Source of the DNA: Trichodelitschia bisporula | Lineage: Eukaryota | Assembly: GCA_010356995.1 (NCBI GenBank) | Contig: ML996698.1 | Coordinates: 927,923-970,100 of the forward strand | Direction of reading: 5' to 3' | Length of the DNA: 42,178 nucleotides | Part shown: positions 13,081 through 25,089 of the stretch, piece after piece | How positions within the stretch are numbered: the stretch's first letter is position 1 | How the letters are laid out: each line of letters starts with the position of its first letter | Program-made: the position numbers and the translations under genes | The notes under the pieces: model-generated | What the model was told of the DNA's origin: nothing | Databases searched by the model: none | Seen by the model: only the letters and a program-made list of their open reading frames with translations

Positions 13081-16000
13081 CCCATGATGATGGTATCGAC
13101 TCTAAGTGGTGACGGGAGCAATGGTAATCGCGGATTGCCAGCCAAGGTTCACGAGCCTTCACGCGGAGCGGGGTTTGGCAGGTTCCTGTTAATGAGCAGC
13201 TGGTCGATGCTCCGGCCGGTGATCGTTGATGACAATGGCACCTCTAGGATAAAGTCGCTGAAGTCCAATGGGACTTCCACATTGCGTATCACGGCGCTAC
13301 GCTATCAAGTTGATATTCCGGAGGCATCACTTGGTTCCGGGGTTCGGATACTGGATAAGTGGTTACAGTATCTGATGATGATCGATCTTTGACCTGTGAG
13401 GCGTTCAAGTCAGCATAAACTTGATTCTGTGACGGGTAGAAGGGCTGTACCTTCTAACCATCGGCTAGGATATCATCGACTCTCAAGTCACAATTTGCTG
13501 GATCGGGAAACAGGCAGACGCCCAACGGTAAAGATAGGAACAGTGATAGTGGCTTCTGCCCTGCTTTGTTATCGTGTCTGTGGCGCAGAATCTTCAACGC
13601 TGTCGCTTGCAGGCCGAAATCTGGACCGGACTTAGGCCTGGGTTTTTTTGGTCATTTATATTTTATTGATTCATCACCGAAAAATCGTAGGTGACGACGG
13701 TCAGTCATTATCCCATGTTGACTCTTAATGCTCAAGTACCGGATGTGTAATTTACGTCATATATTTCCTATTTAAAGCTAGCCCAGTGCCAAGCACCAAT
13801 AATATGCAGCCAGGCCATATAAAACGTTGCCAGGTTGCCACAATTACGCTACAAATCAATATCGATCAATCAACTACATCACTCATCGTAGTTGATAACA
13901 ACGTTACGACCCGCCAAGAGCGTGTCAAGCTTAGCGCGAAGGATCAATTACGATCAACAATGGCCAGGCCTAACCAGACTTGAACTCTAAGGATCGTACC
14001 CGGTCAGGTCCGCGCGCCTATCGCTTCCTTGTTGTTCCTCGCTTGTAGTTCTAGCTGTTGCCGATACTCCGCAAGCGATGGATTCCATTGACGGATGTAC
14101 ATCCGCAGCCGCAAGCCGAACTCAACATGAACTCGTTAAGCCACTTCGGCAAACCACGGATCGATCCCCCTTCAACATCACATTCATCCGTGCGTATCGC
14201 CCTAGGCCTCAGTCCAACCGTCGTGGCTGAACAAGACGCAAACCCAAAACTTTTCTTCTTCCCCATCTCTATGCGATCGCGCGCATTGATCGAGGCCCAC
14301 CATGCAAGACTCCACAAGCGGCTCGGCACTGGGAAAAGCGGGTCTGGGGCGTGGGGGCGTGGCTTCGGGCTCGACCGGCCAGCATTGACCACGCGGTGGT
14401 GGTGGGAGGTCCGTTACGGAGACCAAATGCGGAGGTGTGGCGCCCGTGGCGCTCGGCAGCTATCGTGAGATGAGGAAGCCGGGGAGAAGTCTGTCCGGGA
14501 CGGACGAATTGCAAATCCTACGGAGCCGAGTTTGGGAAAGGATATGTACGGGGAAGGGGGCTGCATGAAGCTTCATATCTGCGCATGCCGCTTTTGGTAT
14601 TGTCGGTTGCTGCTTTGGGAGGCATTGCTTGATACGACGCTGATTTAGTGTGCGATGCTCACCCTAACTCGCATATATCGATCTTAGCGGACACGGCGGA
14701 CTCGAGTTCTCAACAACGACTGGTGACGTCGTCCCCCTCCACTCTCAACCTTAGCACCCGCAGCGCCGATCCCGATAAAACAGCCACACCCTCCCAAAAC
14801 ACCCAATCTCAAATCCCACCCAATCGAGCCATCCTCCGCACGCCAGCCACACCGGCGATATGTCCGTATCCATCCGACGCCCCCAACGCCTCAGGCCTGC
14901 GAACCGACACCGTGCTCCGAACGAGCAGAACCGTTGTCGCTATTCAGCCCTGCACGCCGGCCTCGCCCGCTGGCGCCATCTGGATCCATCCAATGGAGCC
15001 ACGCGAGAGCACCGCAACAAGGCGGAGCTGAAGAAGCCGAACGCTTTCCTCGAGGCCCCATGAGGAATGAGAGGGGCCCGAGTGGGAATTCCCGGGGAAC
15101 TCGAACCGGGCTCGACGGGAGCTCCTATCGCGAACTACGGCATCGCAGCCGGCCTGACCTGCGAGCTTCGCATACTCGCGCTACCCGCAACAATCGCTTT
15201 GTGCTGGGAGTTAGCTATCTTACCCCGCTTCCTCCTGTCTCACCTCAGAGGCAAAACGCCCTCGCCCCCGCCGATCCTGCACTCCCCGGCCAGACGCCTG
15301 TGCGCCGCGCGAGCCGCCATTGGCGCCCGTCGGGTGAGCGAGGATACGGCATGCCGGTCCCACGGCAGGCCGTGCTCCGCGAAGATGGAATTGCCCTCGG
15401 ATTGAAAGGCATGTGCGGGAGCGCGCCAAATCGCCCAACGGAGGGGGAAGGTAGAGAGGGATCGGCGCGGGGAAGGCCCGACATGATCCTGGCAGTCAGG
15501 TACGGAGGCAGGTCCGGCGTGGTGGAGGCCGCTGGCTGCGTATGAGTTTGAGCTGCGGCTTCAAGGCTGGGATGACCAGCCTGATGAGCGGGTTGTTTAA
15601 CCACAAAGACTTTGTCCTGCGTCGCATGTGCTTTTCTAGCGGCGAGCACTGCGCTGCTGTGCGCGATGTGCGCTGTCCTTCGCCGCGGCTGGAGGCCGCG
15701 ACGAGGCGGGCTGCGGACGACATGTGAACGGCGTCTCTGTCCTACGATGCGCGCTGCGGGTCGGGACCATTAGTTGCTTCCTGGTTCAGCATTGGGGAAC
15801 GCAGCTCGGATTCCTGTGGGATCAACGTTGGTACTGTGCGACGGTGGCGGGTGCGTCGACGTTGTGTCCATCGGAGGTCGGGGTTTGAGAGGTTGCTGGG
15901 TGTAAGTTTGAGGGCACGTCAGTGGGGTGGAGAGCTCGAAGTGGCGAGCGCCGTCACCGGTATGGATGCAGGATGCAGTGAATCCCAACGGAAGAAGGCT

Positions 16001-17652
16001 GGGCCCTATCAGGGGCGGCCTTTTTGCTGCTGGGGCTCGTTCGCATGCCAGCCTGATATGGATGCCATGTCTTCTTTGCTGATCAGAAGTTTAGGATTCG
16101 AGAGAGCGTACAGTGCGCTCGACATTCTTATCTGGCGGATCTGCGCAAGGGACTGTGGCCGCGGTGGCAGTGATAGGAGTGAGTCGGATGGAGATGCATC
16201 ATGACGACGCCGGTGTAACACCACGTGATATCGGAGTGCTCAACGTCAGTTCCTGACCCGCAGTATCCTCGCTCCATACCACTTTGATGTCTGACTCTCA
16301 CTAGGTTCCCCCTTCCACGGAGAAAGCCATGCAGTGGTTTGCAGTGAACTTCCCTGCGGGTGGCAAGCACTGTTCTTGTTAGCCCTTCATTTTGAGCAAA
16401 GGACCCAATCGAGTTCACATTGCTGCCAGAAGACCAAGACTGTTACATCGATGAGCGAACGTAACTCCGGCGACATTGGAGTCGCCCTTGCCATATCTGA
16501 TTCACTCGCTTGCCTCGCGGATGGTATTGGCAGCTCGTGAAGTACATCCCTAGTAACCGAGCAGCATCATCAGTTAATATCCACCACAGCGCTCAGACCA
16601 AACCATCGGCCAGTGATGACCCGTGGTAGCACATCAGAGCCGAGAGCCCTCGGGCCAGGCTTAGGTTCCCAGCGCTCCGAGCTTGGAGACCGACTGACGC
16701 CCATATTCTTCATTACGTTCCTCGCGCACTTTCCTATGGGAACTCTACACTCTCTTTTATGTACTCCAAGCAAGACCACGCCTCCCATTGCATCCGCTTC
16801 GTGGGTTCGTGTCTTGGGCGCTCCGGCTGCATATCTTCGTTTGGCTCGTCTTCATGCTTGCTCGCCATTGGTATTACTTCTAGCTCTTGCGGCGCTTTCG
16901 TATTCAATGCCGCGAGCCGACTGCTTGCTTTGTCGTCGTCTGATGTGGTGCAAAGCTTGGTGTGGTTGACATGTTGCCGATTACTGAGCAACGTGCCCGT
17001 CGAGAGGTTCTGCGAGTGCATCAATCGCTCTGTTGCCGGACCGACAATTGCTGCACAAGTCGACGTCGGCGGGCGGCGACAGGGTGCCCACATAGGCCTG
17101 CACCTGCTCGATCTCAAAGCAGCCGGCGGGAGTGTCGATGACGGCCGTAGCATAAGGCTTTTAATACTTGGATACCATTGGAATAAGATCCAGACCTTTT
17201 GGCGGCACCGGCGTCACTGGCACATAAATCGACCTCGAATCCGAGCCGTGTGTATGCCTGTTACATTCTTGGGCGGTGATCTCCACGGTGACATTGAGCA
17301 GCTTCAACGGACGCACTAGGACCGTCGACGATTTCTGGATCATCACTGTCAAGTGTGGGTTGGCGTCCAGGAGATCATCAAAAGGTAATTCCGTCCTCCG
17401 CTTGGGTTTATCTTGTCTAGCGCCTCTGGTAGACGTCCGACTAAGGTTGCTTAAAGAATTTAGGCGGTATCATATCATAATTTGTCTATCCTGATGTTCC
17501 ATCATCCAGCCATACTCCGAATCGTGACCCATTACATTAGCCCATTCCATTCCCGCTCATTTCCATCCCACCCCAAAAAAGCCTATCCCAATCCCAACGC
17601 CCCAATCCCAACCAAACGCCATCAATACACTCAACTCCAGCCAAAAATCCAT

Positions 17653-18294
17653 TCAAGTCCACCCCAAAAACACCCCCGCAACCAGTACCACCCCCACCAA
17701 CCCGCCCACAACGTGCCTCCGCCCCGCCCCACTCGACTGCGAGGACGCAATGAAAGTCCCATGCGTCCCAGCGGTCGTGCTACTCGCCCCCGCCCTCCCA
17801 CTCGGCGTAACATACGTCCCATTCCCTTTCATCGTCGCCAGTGTCGTCGCCGAGCTCGCAGCAGCGGGACTCACCACCGCCGTTGCTGCTGCCTTCCCAC
17901 CCACGATGCTACCACCAGCGATGTGAGCCCCAGGCGGGCAGGGATTCGCCCACGTCTCGCACCCCGCCGGCCAGGTTACGGCGGTTTGCCAGTCTCCCCC
18001 CGCTGCGGGACTCGCTACCACGGAAGCCGCGGGTGTCCACGACGCAACAGGCGTCGGGGTGGGAGCGAGGGACGCAGCAAGGACGGAGGGAGCGCCCCAG
18101 GATGCGGCGGCGGCTTGGGAGGGCGCGTGTTGCGGGGCGGGGGCGTTGGAGGCCATTTGCGCGTAGGGGATGCCGGCTGGGATGGAGGGGGAGCCGCCGA
18201 GGGGTTGCCAGGTGTAGGCGCCGTTTTGGGGGGAGGCGAGAGTGAGGGCGGGGAGGAGGGGGAGGAGGGGGAGGAGGAGTGTTGATGGACGCAT
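17653..18294 (-). CDS. Secreted, probably GPI-anchored Ala/Ser/Thr/Pro-rich cell-surface protein, 213 aa
   Basis: Signal peptide MRPSTLLLPLLPLLPALTLASP, a small Cys pair motif (WPAGCETWANPCPPG), and an omega-like SSGAG followed by hydrophobic tail VVGGLVGVVLVAGVFLGWT. The ATG at 18294 fits better than the ORF-track start at 18582. Confidence 0.85.
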   Translation of the reverse strand: MRPSTLLLPLLPLLPALTLASPQNGAYTWQPLGGSPSIPAGIPYAQMASNAPAPQHAPSQAAAASWGAPSVLAASLAPTPTPVASWTPAASVVASPAAGGDWQTAVTWPAGCETWANPCPPGAHIAGGSIVGGKAAATAVVSPAAASSATTLATMKGNGTYVTPSGRAGASSTTAGTHGTFIASSQSSGAGRRHVVGGLVGVVLVAGVFLGWT

Positions 18295-19264
18295 TTTAGT
18301 GATTTGTGTGGTGTGTGTGGAGCTGTGGTGGGAAGCGCTGTGTGGTTTGCGCGGTGTGTTGCGCGAGGTGTAGTGGAGATTGAAGCGATATGAGGTACGA
18401 GGAAAGCGGTTTTCCGAGTGGGTGTAAGAGGAGGAGAAGTTACTTTGGGTTGCTTGCAGAGTGTTAGTTGCTTGTTCGACGTTGCGCGAAGTCCTGATAT
18501 ACCTCCCTTCCCGCCAGCCTTGCGAACGCCACCCCTGCCACCCCGCGCACCAGCCACGCGCGCCCCGCCCCGCCGACGCCACATCCGCAGGGGTGGGCCA
18601 ATCAGAGGCCGCGGATTTGGGCGAGGCGGGGGGGGGGTCGGAGAATTTATATAGGTGGATGGTGATGTTCGGGGACTTTATGCGGGTGGACGATTTGATG
18701 ATGTGCTTCTGTGGATGGTGCAGAAACTGAGGCTCTGCGATGGTGGGTGGTAGCCACCTCTTTTGCGTGTTTGAGGGGACTGGCGTCAGAGGCGTTGCGG
18801 GCCGGTTTTTTTGGCGGGGTGTTGGAGGGGACGATTGTGCGGAGGCTGCAGCCTCTCGTAGCCTCTCGTAAATGTCTTGGGTTCAATATCCAGGTCCAAA
18901 CGGGGGGTATTCATGGCGCTTAATGATTTCTGGTATAGGTCCGGCTTCAGGGGAGGCGTGGTGTAAAGAGAATAGCTTCACCTTCAAGTGATCTTTCGCG
19001 ATCGATGGCCGCCTGAGCTAGAACTAGAGCCCGGAGTGTCTGCAAAGCAACCCGCGGGCATGTGGCGAAATAAGGCGCAGCTCCACGATACGCTGCTGGC
19101 ACTTCCCTCACAATTTTCCTGCCTAAGAAGGAGCGCTCTGGTACTCCGTAATGGCAACGTACCAGGCAGTGTCCACAATCCAACCTTCACCAAACACACA
19201 GTCACTCGGCACATCTCCCCGCGCCAGCCATACAAAATCCGTATTCGCCCTGCATTAACGCACA

Positions 19265-20200
19265 ATGCCAACAGAGCAGCAGTTAAACGAACTACGCGCC
19301 CTCATCGGTGGAGATTTTGACCCCCTGATTCTGGATTTGCACAACGAGGTTCGTCGCCTCGAAGCGGACATTGCGAGATATCAGGCCCTCTAGGAAAGAC
19401 TGCGCGGTGACGAGAGGCGTCTCCTCGCCAACACCGAAAGCGCCAACACGGCTGCCGGTTCTCTAGTTCTAACCAGTCCTCGATGCACCAGCTCGCTAAT
19501 AAGAATTCTAGATAACCCTACTCACCTAGCCATCGAAGACTTGGGGCGGACAATTGCCGAATATCAGGCCGTCTTGGGACGGCTGCGTCGTAAGGAGCTA
19601 CGTCTCCTAACCAGCGCCAATAGCGCCGACCTCATCGCCGGTTCTCTAGCACATCCCCAGCCCGTCAGTGGACTAATAATAATTCTAGCGAACTTTACCC
19701 ACCTAGGCATCCTGGACACAGATCGCGTGGAGCATAAGACGTTGTCATTTGACATACTGCGCAATGGCAACTGGAAGCTCCATCTTTCAAAGTTACAGAC
19801 CCGCGAGATTCGCCGACTGTACCCAGGCATTCAATGGGTGACTGTTTCGCCTCCGTTTATTGTCTTAGTGTTCCGCAACTCCATGCTTCCGCTTCCCAAC
19901 CCTGCATGGATCGGTGGCGCCCCAGCGTACTTTACAACGGACAAAAAGGATGCCTGTCTAGACCGTGGCCGACAGGGTTATGACAGCGCGGTGGAAGGCC
20001 CCTTTCTCACAGCGCGCAGTAGCGAAGGATGCGAGGACGTCTGCTCGCAACTTGAGGAGCGAGGTTTTGAGGTTCGGGGTGCACAGTCTTGGGGCAACTT
20101 CCTGCAGATTCTATTCTCAGCCGGGCCGGGTACTACCAAGTGCAGGCGGCTTCCGACGTTGTTTTACGGCCTTCCAACGTTTTATAAGAAGGCGGCCTGA
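19265..20200 (+). pseudogene. Fungal hypothetical gene with an in-frame premature TAG (19391-19393); exons 19265-19457, 19512-19640, 19689-20200
   Basis: CACAATG start reads MPTEQQLNELRALIGG...ARYQAL*ERLRG. Two homologous phase-1 introns (GTTCTC...CTAAT...TTCTAG) join the exons in frame. The last exon is protein-like (PPFIVLVF...PAWIGGAPAYF...LPTLFYGLPTFY). Confidence 0.65.
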
Positions 20201-20539
20201 GGCGAGTCCAGGCTGGAGGCTCTATGAGAGCTGTTTTGCCAGCGGATCTTTCTGCATTCATACAGATCGTGGAATCAGACAAGCCCATTAGCTCTACCAT
20301 GGCAAGACCATCGGAAGCTAAACGAGCCGGATCACGGTGATCGAGAGAGGTGCGGTAGTTCTTCAGTTGGCATGGGGATCCGTGGCTCACTTGGGGCTTC
20401 AGCCTTGTTTCAGTCTCACTTCACTTAATTGAAGTATCTCTCCATGACCGAAAATTTTGATAGATATCTAGTAGACGCTTACTCTAATCATGATACCATG
20501 ATACCCTCAACGCCACGCTCCCCTCCCCGCCCAAAGCAC

Positions 20540-22193
20540 CTAATTCGGCACCAAAATCGCATCCTTACACAGCGCACACACCTTTTTAAAGAACCGCCGC
20601 CACTCCAGCGGATCCCCCTTCGCCTTCACAAACCGCACCTCACACACCTCCCCATTCCACTGCTCCACAATCACCGTCCCATTCAGCCCCTGACTCCGCC
20701 CATCAATCGTCTTCACCCGAATAAACACCTGCCCATCTGCCTCCTGCGCCCGCGCCGGCACACCCAGCCGATGCAATGCCTCGACAACAAGCGGCACGAG
20801 CAGGCTAACCGGCAGCGCTGACATGAACCGCGCGAGCGTGTGCGCGGGCACAATATCGCCGAACCGCCGCGCCGCCTGCGTCAGGCTCATGGGCACAGCA
20901 GGCGTCTGCGTGAACTGGCTCAGCGAGGGATCCTCAGAGAGGCTATCGAGCAGGGAGCGCGACACGCCTGCCGTCGGCTGCGACGCCGAAAAGCCCATCC
21001 GCGGCGGCCGTTCCCAATCCATGTCCTCCAGTGCCTGCGGCTCGGGCTCCGGCTGCGTCGACGCGAATTGCACGTCCATGGCTTCGGGCGGGACGCGGGA
21101 GTGGAAGTCTATGCGCAGGGATTCGAGCATTTGGGTGGCCAGGCTGACGGGGTTGGCGGCCGTGCCGGTGGGGGAGAGATGGGGGTTGTTACGCGTGAAC
21201 CAGGGGTGGGTGCGGATTTCGTCGAGGGTGAAGCGCGTGTTTGGGTCGAGCTTGAGCATGCCGCGGAGGAGCGAGGGTACGCCTTGGGGGAGTTGCTCCC
21301 AGAGCTCGTCGGTTGTGCGGCCGCCTGTGTCGACGTACTCTTTGAACTCGTAGCTGCGCATTGTGGGCTCGTCCCAGGGCGTGTTGCCGACGAGCAGCAC
21401 GAAGAGGACGACGCCGCAGGACCAGATGTCGGCGATGTTCGGGGCGTACCCGGTCTCGAGCACCTCGGCGCGCTTGGAGCGCTTCCCGTCGACGATTTCG
21501 GGGGCGATGTATGGAGGGCTGCCGCACACGGTGTTGCACATGCGCATCTGCCCGTCCTTCATGAACAGCGCTGCGAGTCCGAAGTCGGCGAGCTTGAGGT
21601 TACCGTCGGCGGAGACGAGCACGTTCTCGGGCTTGAGGTCGCGGTGCGCGACGCCTTTTGAGTGCATGTAGCCGACAGCACTCATCAGCTGCGTGAAGTA
21701 GAAGTGCGCGATGTCCTCGCCGACGCCGGCATCCGCCTCGATTTTGTCGAAGAGGTCACCGCCGTCGGCCAGCTCCATTGCGATCCACATGTATGCGGCG
21801 TCCTCGCCGTGGCCGAAGAACTCGATGATGTTCTTGTGGCACGCGAGGTGCTTGTGCAGCATGATTTCCATTTGTAGCTGCTTCGGACGCAGCTTGCCGT
21901 TCCGGAAGGCATGTTCTTTGTTGATGAATTTGACGGCGATGACTGGTTTCGATGCGGTGAGGGGGCACGCTTTGCGGATGCTATGGCCATTGTTAGGATC
22001 GATACGAAGAGAGTTTGTGTAGAACGCGGGAAGGAAACTGAGGGAGCGACCTACAATGCGTATGCGCCAGTGCCAATCGTCCGCGATATGAGTCGAAAGG
22101 GCAGGTCGGAGGGCAACGGAGCGGCTTGTGACTGCGATTGTTAGCAGTGGGATATGGTGGAGCAAGGCGGGAACTCACTCCCGGTGGCGCCAT
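20540..22193 (-). CDS. CHK1: Checkpoint Ser/Thr kinase Chk1, 510 aa; exons 22193-22179, 22131-22055, 21980-20540
   Basis: Spliced N-terminus MAPPGSQAAPLPSDLPFRLISRTIGTGAYAFIRKAC. Kinase motifs AVK, HRDLKPEN, DFG and CGSPPYIAPE; SQ/TQ sites; C-terminal KA1-like end VRFVKAKGDPLEWRRFFKKV typical of Chk1. Total 1533 nt, in frame. Confidence 0.96.
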
Positions 22194-22295
22194 GGCTGCG
22201 CAACAATAGGGTGGTCAAGCAAAGATGCTGTTGAGGATGGCGAATGGATGGCGGGGGGGTAGAAAGTTGAACGGCGAATCGCGAGGCAAACGGAG

Positions 22296-22312
22296 ACGCG
22301 TTGGGTTTCGCG
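22296..22312. promoter_or_regulatory. MCB (ACGCGT) and SCB-like (CGCGAAA on - strand) elements upstream of CHK1
   Basis: ACGCGT at 22296-22301 and TTTCGCG at 22306-22312, about 100 bp upstream of the CHK1 ATG. Confidence 0.45.
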
Positions 22313-22466
22313 CCGCCATGTGATAGCGCGGATCTGATCACGTGCCCAATTAAGTCTCCCTGAAAGCAGAAGCAGGAAGTGAAAGCTTCCGAATGTGAGT
22401 GCGATAAGGATGTCCTCGATGGGCTGTAGAGATTGGAGGGGATGTGCCCGATCGCATCTCAGTTGC

Positions 22467-22485
22467 TAGGGTTAGGGTTAGGGTT
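22467..22485. repeat. Interstitial telomeric repeat, about (TTAGGG)3
   Basis: TAGGGTTAGGGTTAGGGTT in the middle of the divergent promoter. Confidence 0.8.
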
Positions 22486-22893
22486 CACCGCTGAAGCGAA
22501 GGCAACCGGCATGAGACATATGGATTGATAGGACACAGAGCAACGGTTTCACGGGAGAACAAGCAAAGCGGAAGCATTTCATTGTCCGGATGCAAAGTCC
22601 AACTCAGCACGACTGCTACGAGATCATAAAGCCAGCCGTTCCGTCACCCGCGGTGTAGGACAACCGTCGACGAAATTCGACAATTATCGTGTCCCAAAGC
22701 GGAAAGACGTCGTTGCCAGGGGCAACATTGTTTTGGTTCTCAACCATTGGCTACGCGCGATTGGCCTGCCGAACCATCAACAAGCCACGCCCTAGGATCT
22801 CTCGCGCCGAACCTCACAACCTTGTCCAACACCATCCACTTCACAGCATCGTCCTTCCGTCAGTACCTCCGTATCTTCAATCGAACCCCAATC

Positions 22894-25089
22894 ATGCCTC
22901 GCACCACGCGTGCCGCCGCAAAGGCACAAGTCGATTCGTCGCCCGCCGCGACACCCACCCCTGATGCTCCGACCGAACGCGACCTGAGCGGCAGTGAATC
23001 CATCGTGGTCGAGCACGTCGCGACCGAACAGACTGCGGAGCCAACCGAACCGGTCAAGAAGAGCAAGTCCAAGAAGAATCGACGGAAGAAGAACAAGAAA
23101 GCCACCGCTGAGGCCGGCGGTCCTGAAGCTCCTGGTACGGAAGCCGAGGCGCGTGATCAGCCCGAGGTTGAGATTGCGCCGGCTCCCGAAATGAGCGCGG
23201 AGAGTGCGGAGGGCGCAGGCATTGATGGTACGCTTAATAGACACGTTTGCGACGCGTGCTGACTTTCAGATTCCAACGACGTCGAGCCTGATGCGCCGAC
23301 TGAGCCTGAGAAACCTGTGCGCTTGACGCGGAGCCAGCTCGCCAAAGCGGAAGCGGAGCGCGAGGCTAGCGATGCGCCGGGTAGTGAGCCTGGCCAAGAG
23401 CCGGAAGCGGTGACGCAGACTATAGAAGAGCCAATGGAGTTCACGGTAGAGCAGCCGACGGAAGAGACAATGGAACCACCCTCAGAGCCCGCCGTCACGT
23501 CCGACATCCCTGAGACTGTGGTCAACACGACGGAGGACCACCTTTCCAAAATCGTCGAAGCCGCACCCAGCGCGTCGCCCCAACTCAGCCCAGCTCTGGA
23601 CCAAGCATCAACCATCTCCGAAACCCCCACCATGCCCTCGCCCACCGAGTCCCGCGACCGCCCCTCCGTCTCCCCCTCCATCGCCATCTCCCAACCCGAA
23701 GACCCCATCGAAGCAATCGACGCGCTCGAAGACGCGATCGAAGAAGTCGGAAACTCCCTCCCGCTGGATTCACCCGTGTCGCCGACGAAGCCGCATTCGC
23801 GAACGCGCGCTGGGAAGAAGGAAGATGCGAAGCCCGTTGCTAAGCCAGCCACAGCCCAGAAGGACCCCGTCATCATCGGCAAGCCGCCCGCGCGAACGTC
23901 TAGCATCCGCGCCGCGAAGCCCCCCGCTAAGCACGCACGCGCCGGATCTGTTGCCGGACCTGTTTCCAAAGCTACGGTCCTAAAGGCACCCGTCACCAAA
24001 CCGACCACGAAGGTGCCAGCCACTACCGCGTCCAAAGCGCCCGCAAAGGCGCCAGCCACGACCACGTCCAAGACGCCCGCAAAGGCACCCGCCAAAGCAC
24101 CCCCAACCCTATCCAAATCCACCCGCACCCGCCCCGTCTCAATGGCCATCCCACGCAACCCCTCCATCGCCGAAGAGGCGCCGTCAGCCAGCACCCGCCA
24201 GCGCCCCGTCAGTCTGCACTTCCCCACCCCCCCGCCAGCAGTCAAATCCAGCAAACCCCCCACCAAACCCACGTTCACCCTCCCCGGCGATGCTGTAGCC
24301 GCGAAACTCAAGGCCGCGCGCGAAGAGCGGCAGAAGCGTGAGGCTGAAGAGAGGGAGGCGGAGCCGGAGAAGAGGGCGTTTAAGGCGCGGCCGGCGCCTG
24401 CTCTTCGCGCCCGTCCAGTGGCGGTGAAGCAGACAGCTGCGAGTCGAGCGCGGCAGAGTATGGCGCCTGCGGCGGAGGGGGGGTTGAGTGGGAGTGATAA
24501 GGAGAATCCGCCTGTGGGGAAGATGGGGGGGTTGCGCCGCGCGAGTACGGTTACGGGCGCGACGACGAGCAGTGTGAAGCGCACTGCGAGTACGCGGGTG
24601 GCGAGCAAGACGGTCGAGAAAGCGGAGGTCAAGAAGCCCGCGCCACGCGTGTCGTCGCTCACCATCGCTAAGCGCCAATCCGTCGTTCCAAAACGCCCAA
24701 CGCCACCTGAATCGCGCTCGACATCGCACGACGGCAAGACCCCGCTGCCCGCGTTGCCGTTGCGGGAGGCGAAGAATGCGATCACGTCGACGGATGTCAA
24801 GACGCAGAAACTCAAGGGGAGGGAGGTGTACAACCGGGATAAGATGGAGAAGGAGGCCCGGGAGCGGGAGAAGCGGGAGAAGGAGGATGCGGCACGACGG
24901 GCGAGGGCTGAGGCTGCGGAGCGGGGACGGCAGGCGAGTCGCGAGTGGGCGGAGAAGCAGAAGCGGAAGGTGTTGGGGGTGAGTGTGGCGGAGAAGGCGG
25001 AGGCGGAGGATAAGGCGGAGGATAAGGCTGAGGTGTCGCTGCCTTCGCCCGTGCCCATCCTCCAGGTGGAGGGCACGCAAGTGGTGTAG
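22894..25089 (+). CDS. Large disordered/coiled-coil protein with TPX2-like FKARP motif, possibly microtubule-associated; exons 22894-23227, 23270-25089
   Basis: Phase-1 intron GTACGC...GCTGACTTTCAG (23228-23269) joins the two ORFs in frame. Acidic N-terminus, Lys/Ala/Pro-rich repeats, then FTLPGDAVAAKLK...AFKARPAP...GREVYNRD...ARAEAAERGRQASREWAEKQK, plus a KEN box (DKEN). Confidence 0.85.

Noticed and set aside
14860..15727. Chain of + strand ORFs as one gene
   Set aside because: I could not build a consistent spliced or frame-continuous model, and no family motif is present.
18295..18582. Upstream extension of the 309-aa ORF
   Set aside because: Composition is promoter/5' UTR-like; the signal peptide begins at the ATG at 18294.
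21981..22165. N-terminal extension of the 541-aa kinase ORF (MLHHIPLL...)
   Set aside because: Reads through intron sequence and the wrong frame of exon 2; the spliced model restores the glycine-rich loop IGTGAYA.
22467..22485. Chromosome end or telomerase RNA template
   Set aside because: Only about three internal repeats in a 700-bp divergent promoter; no room or structural evidence for a telomerase RNA.
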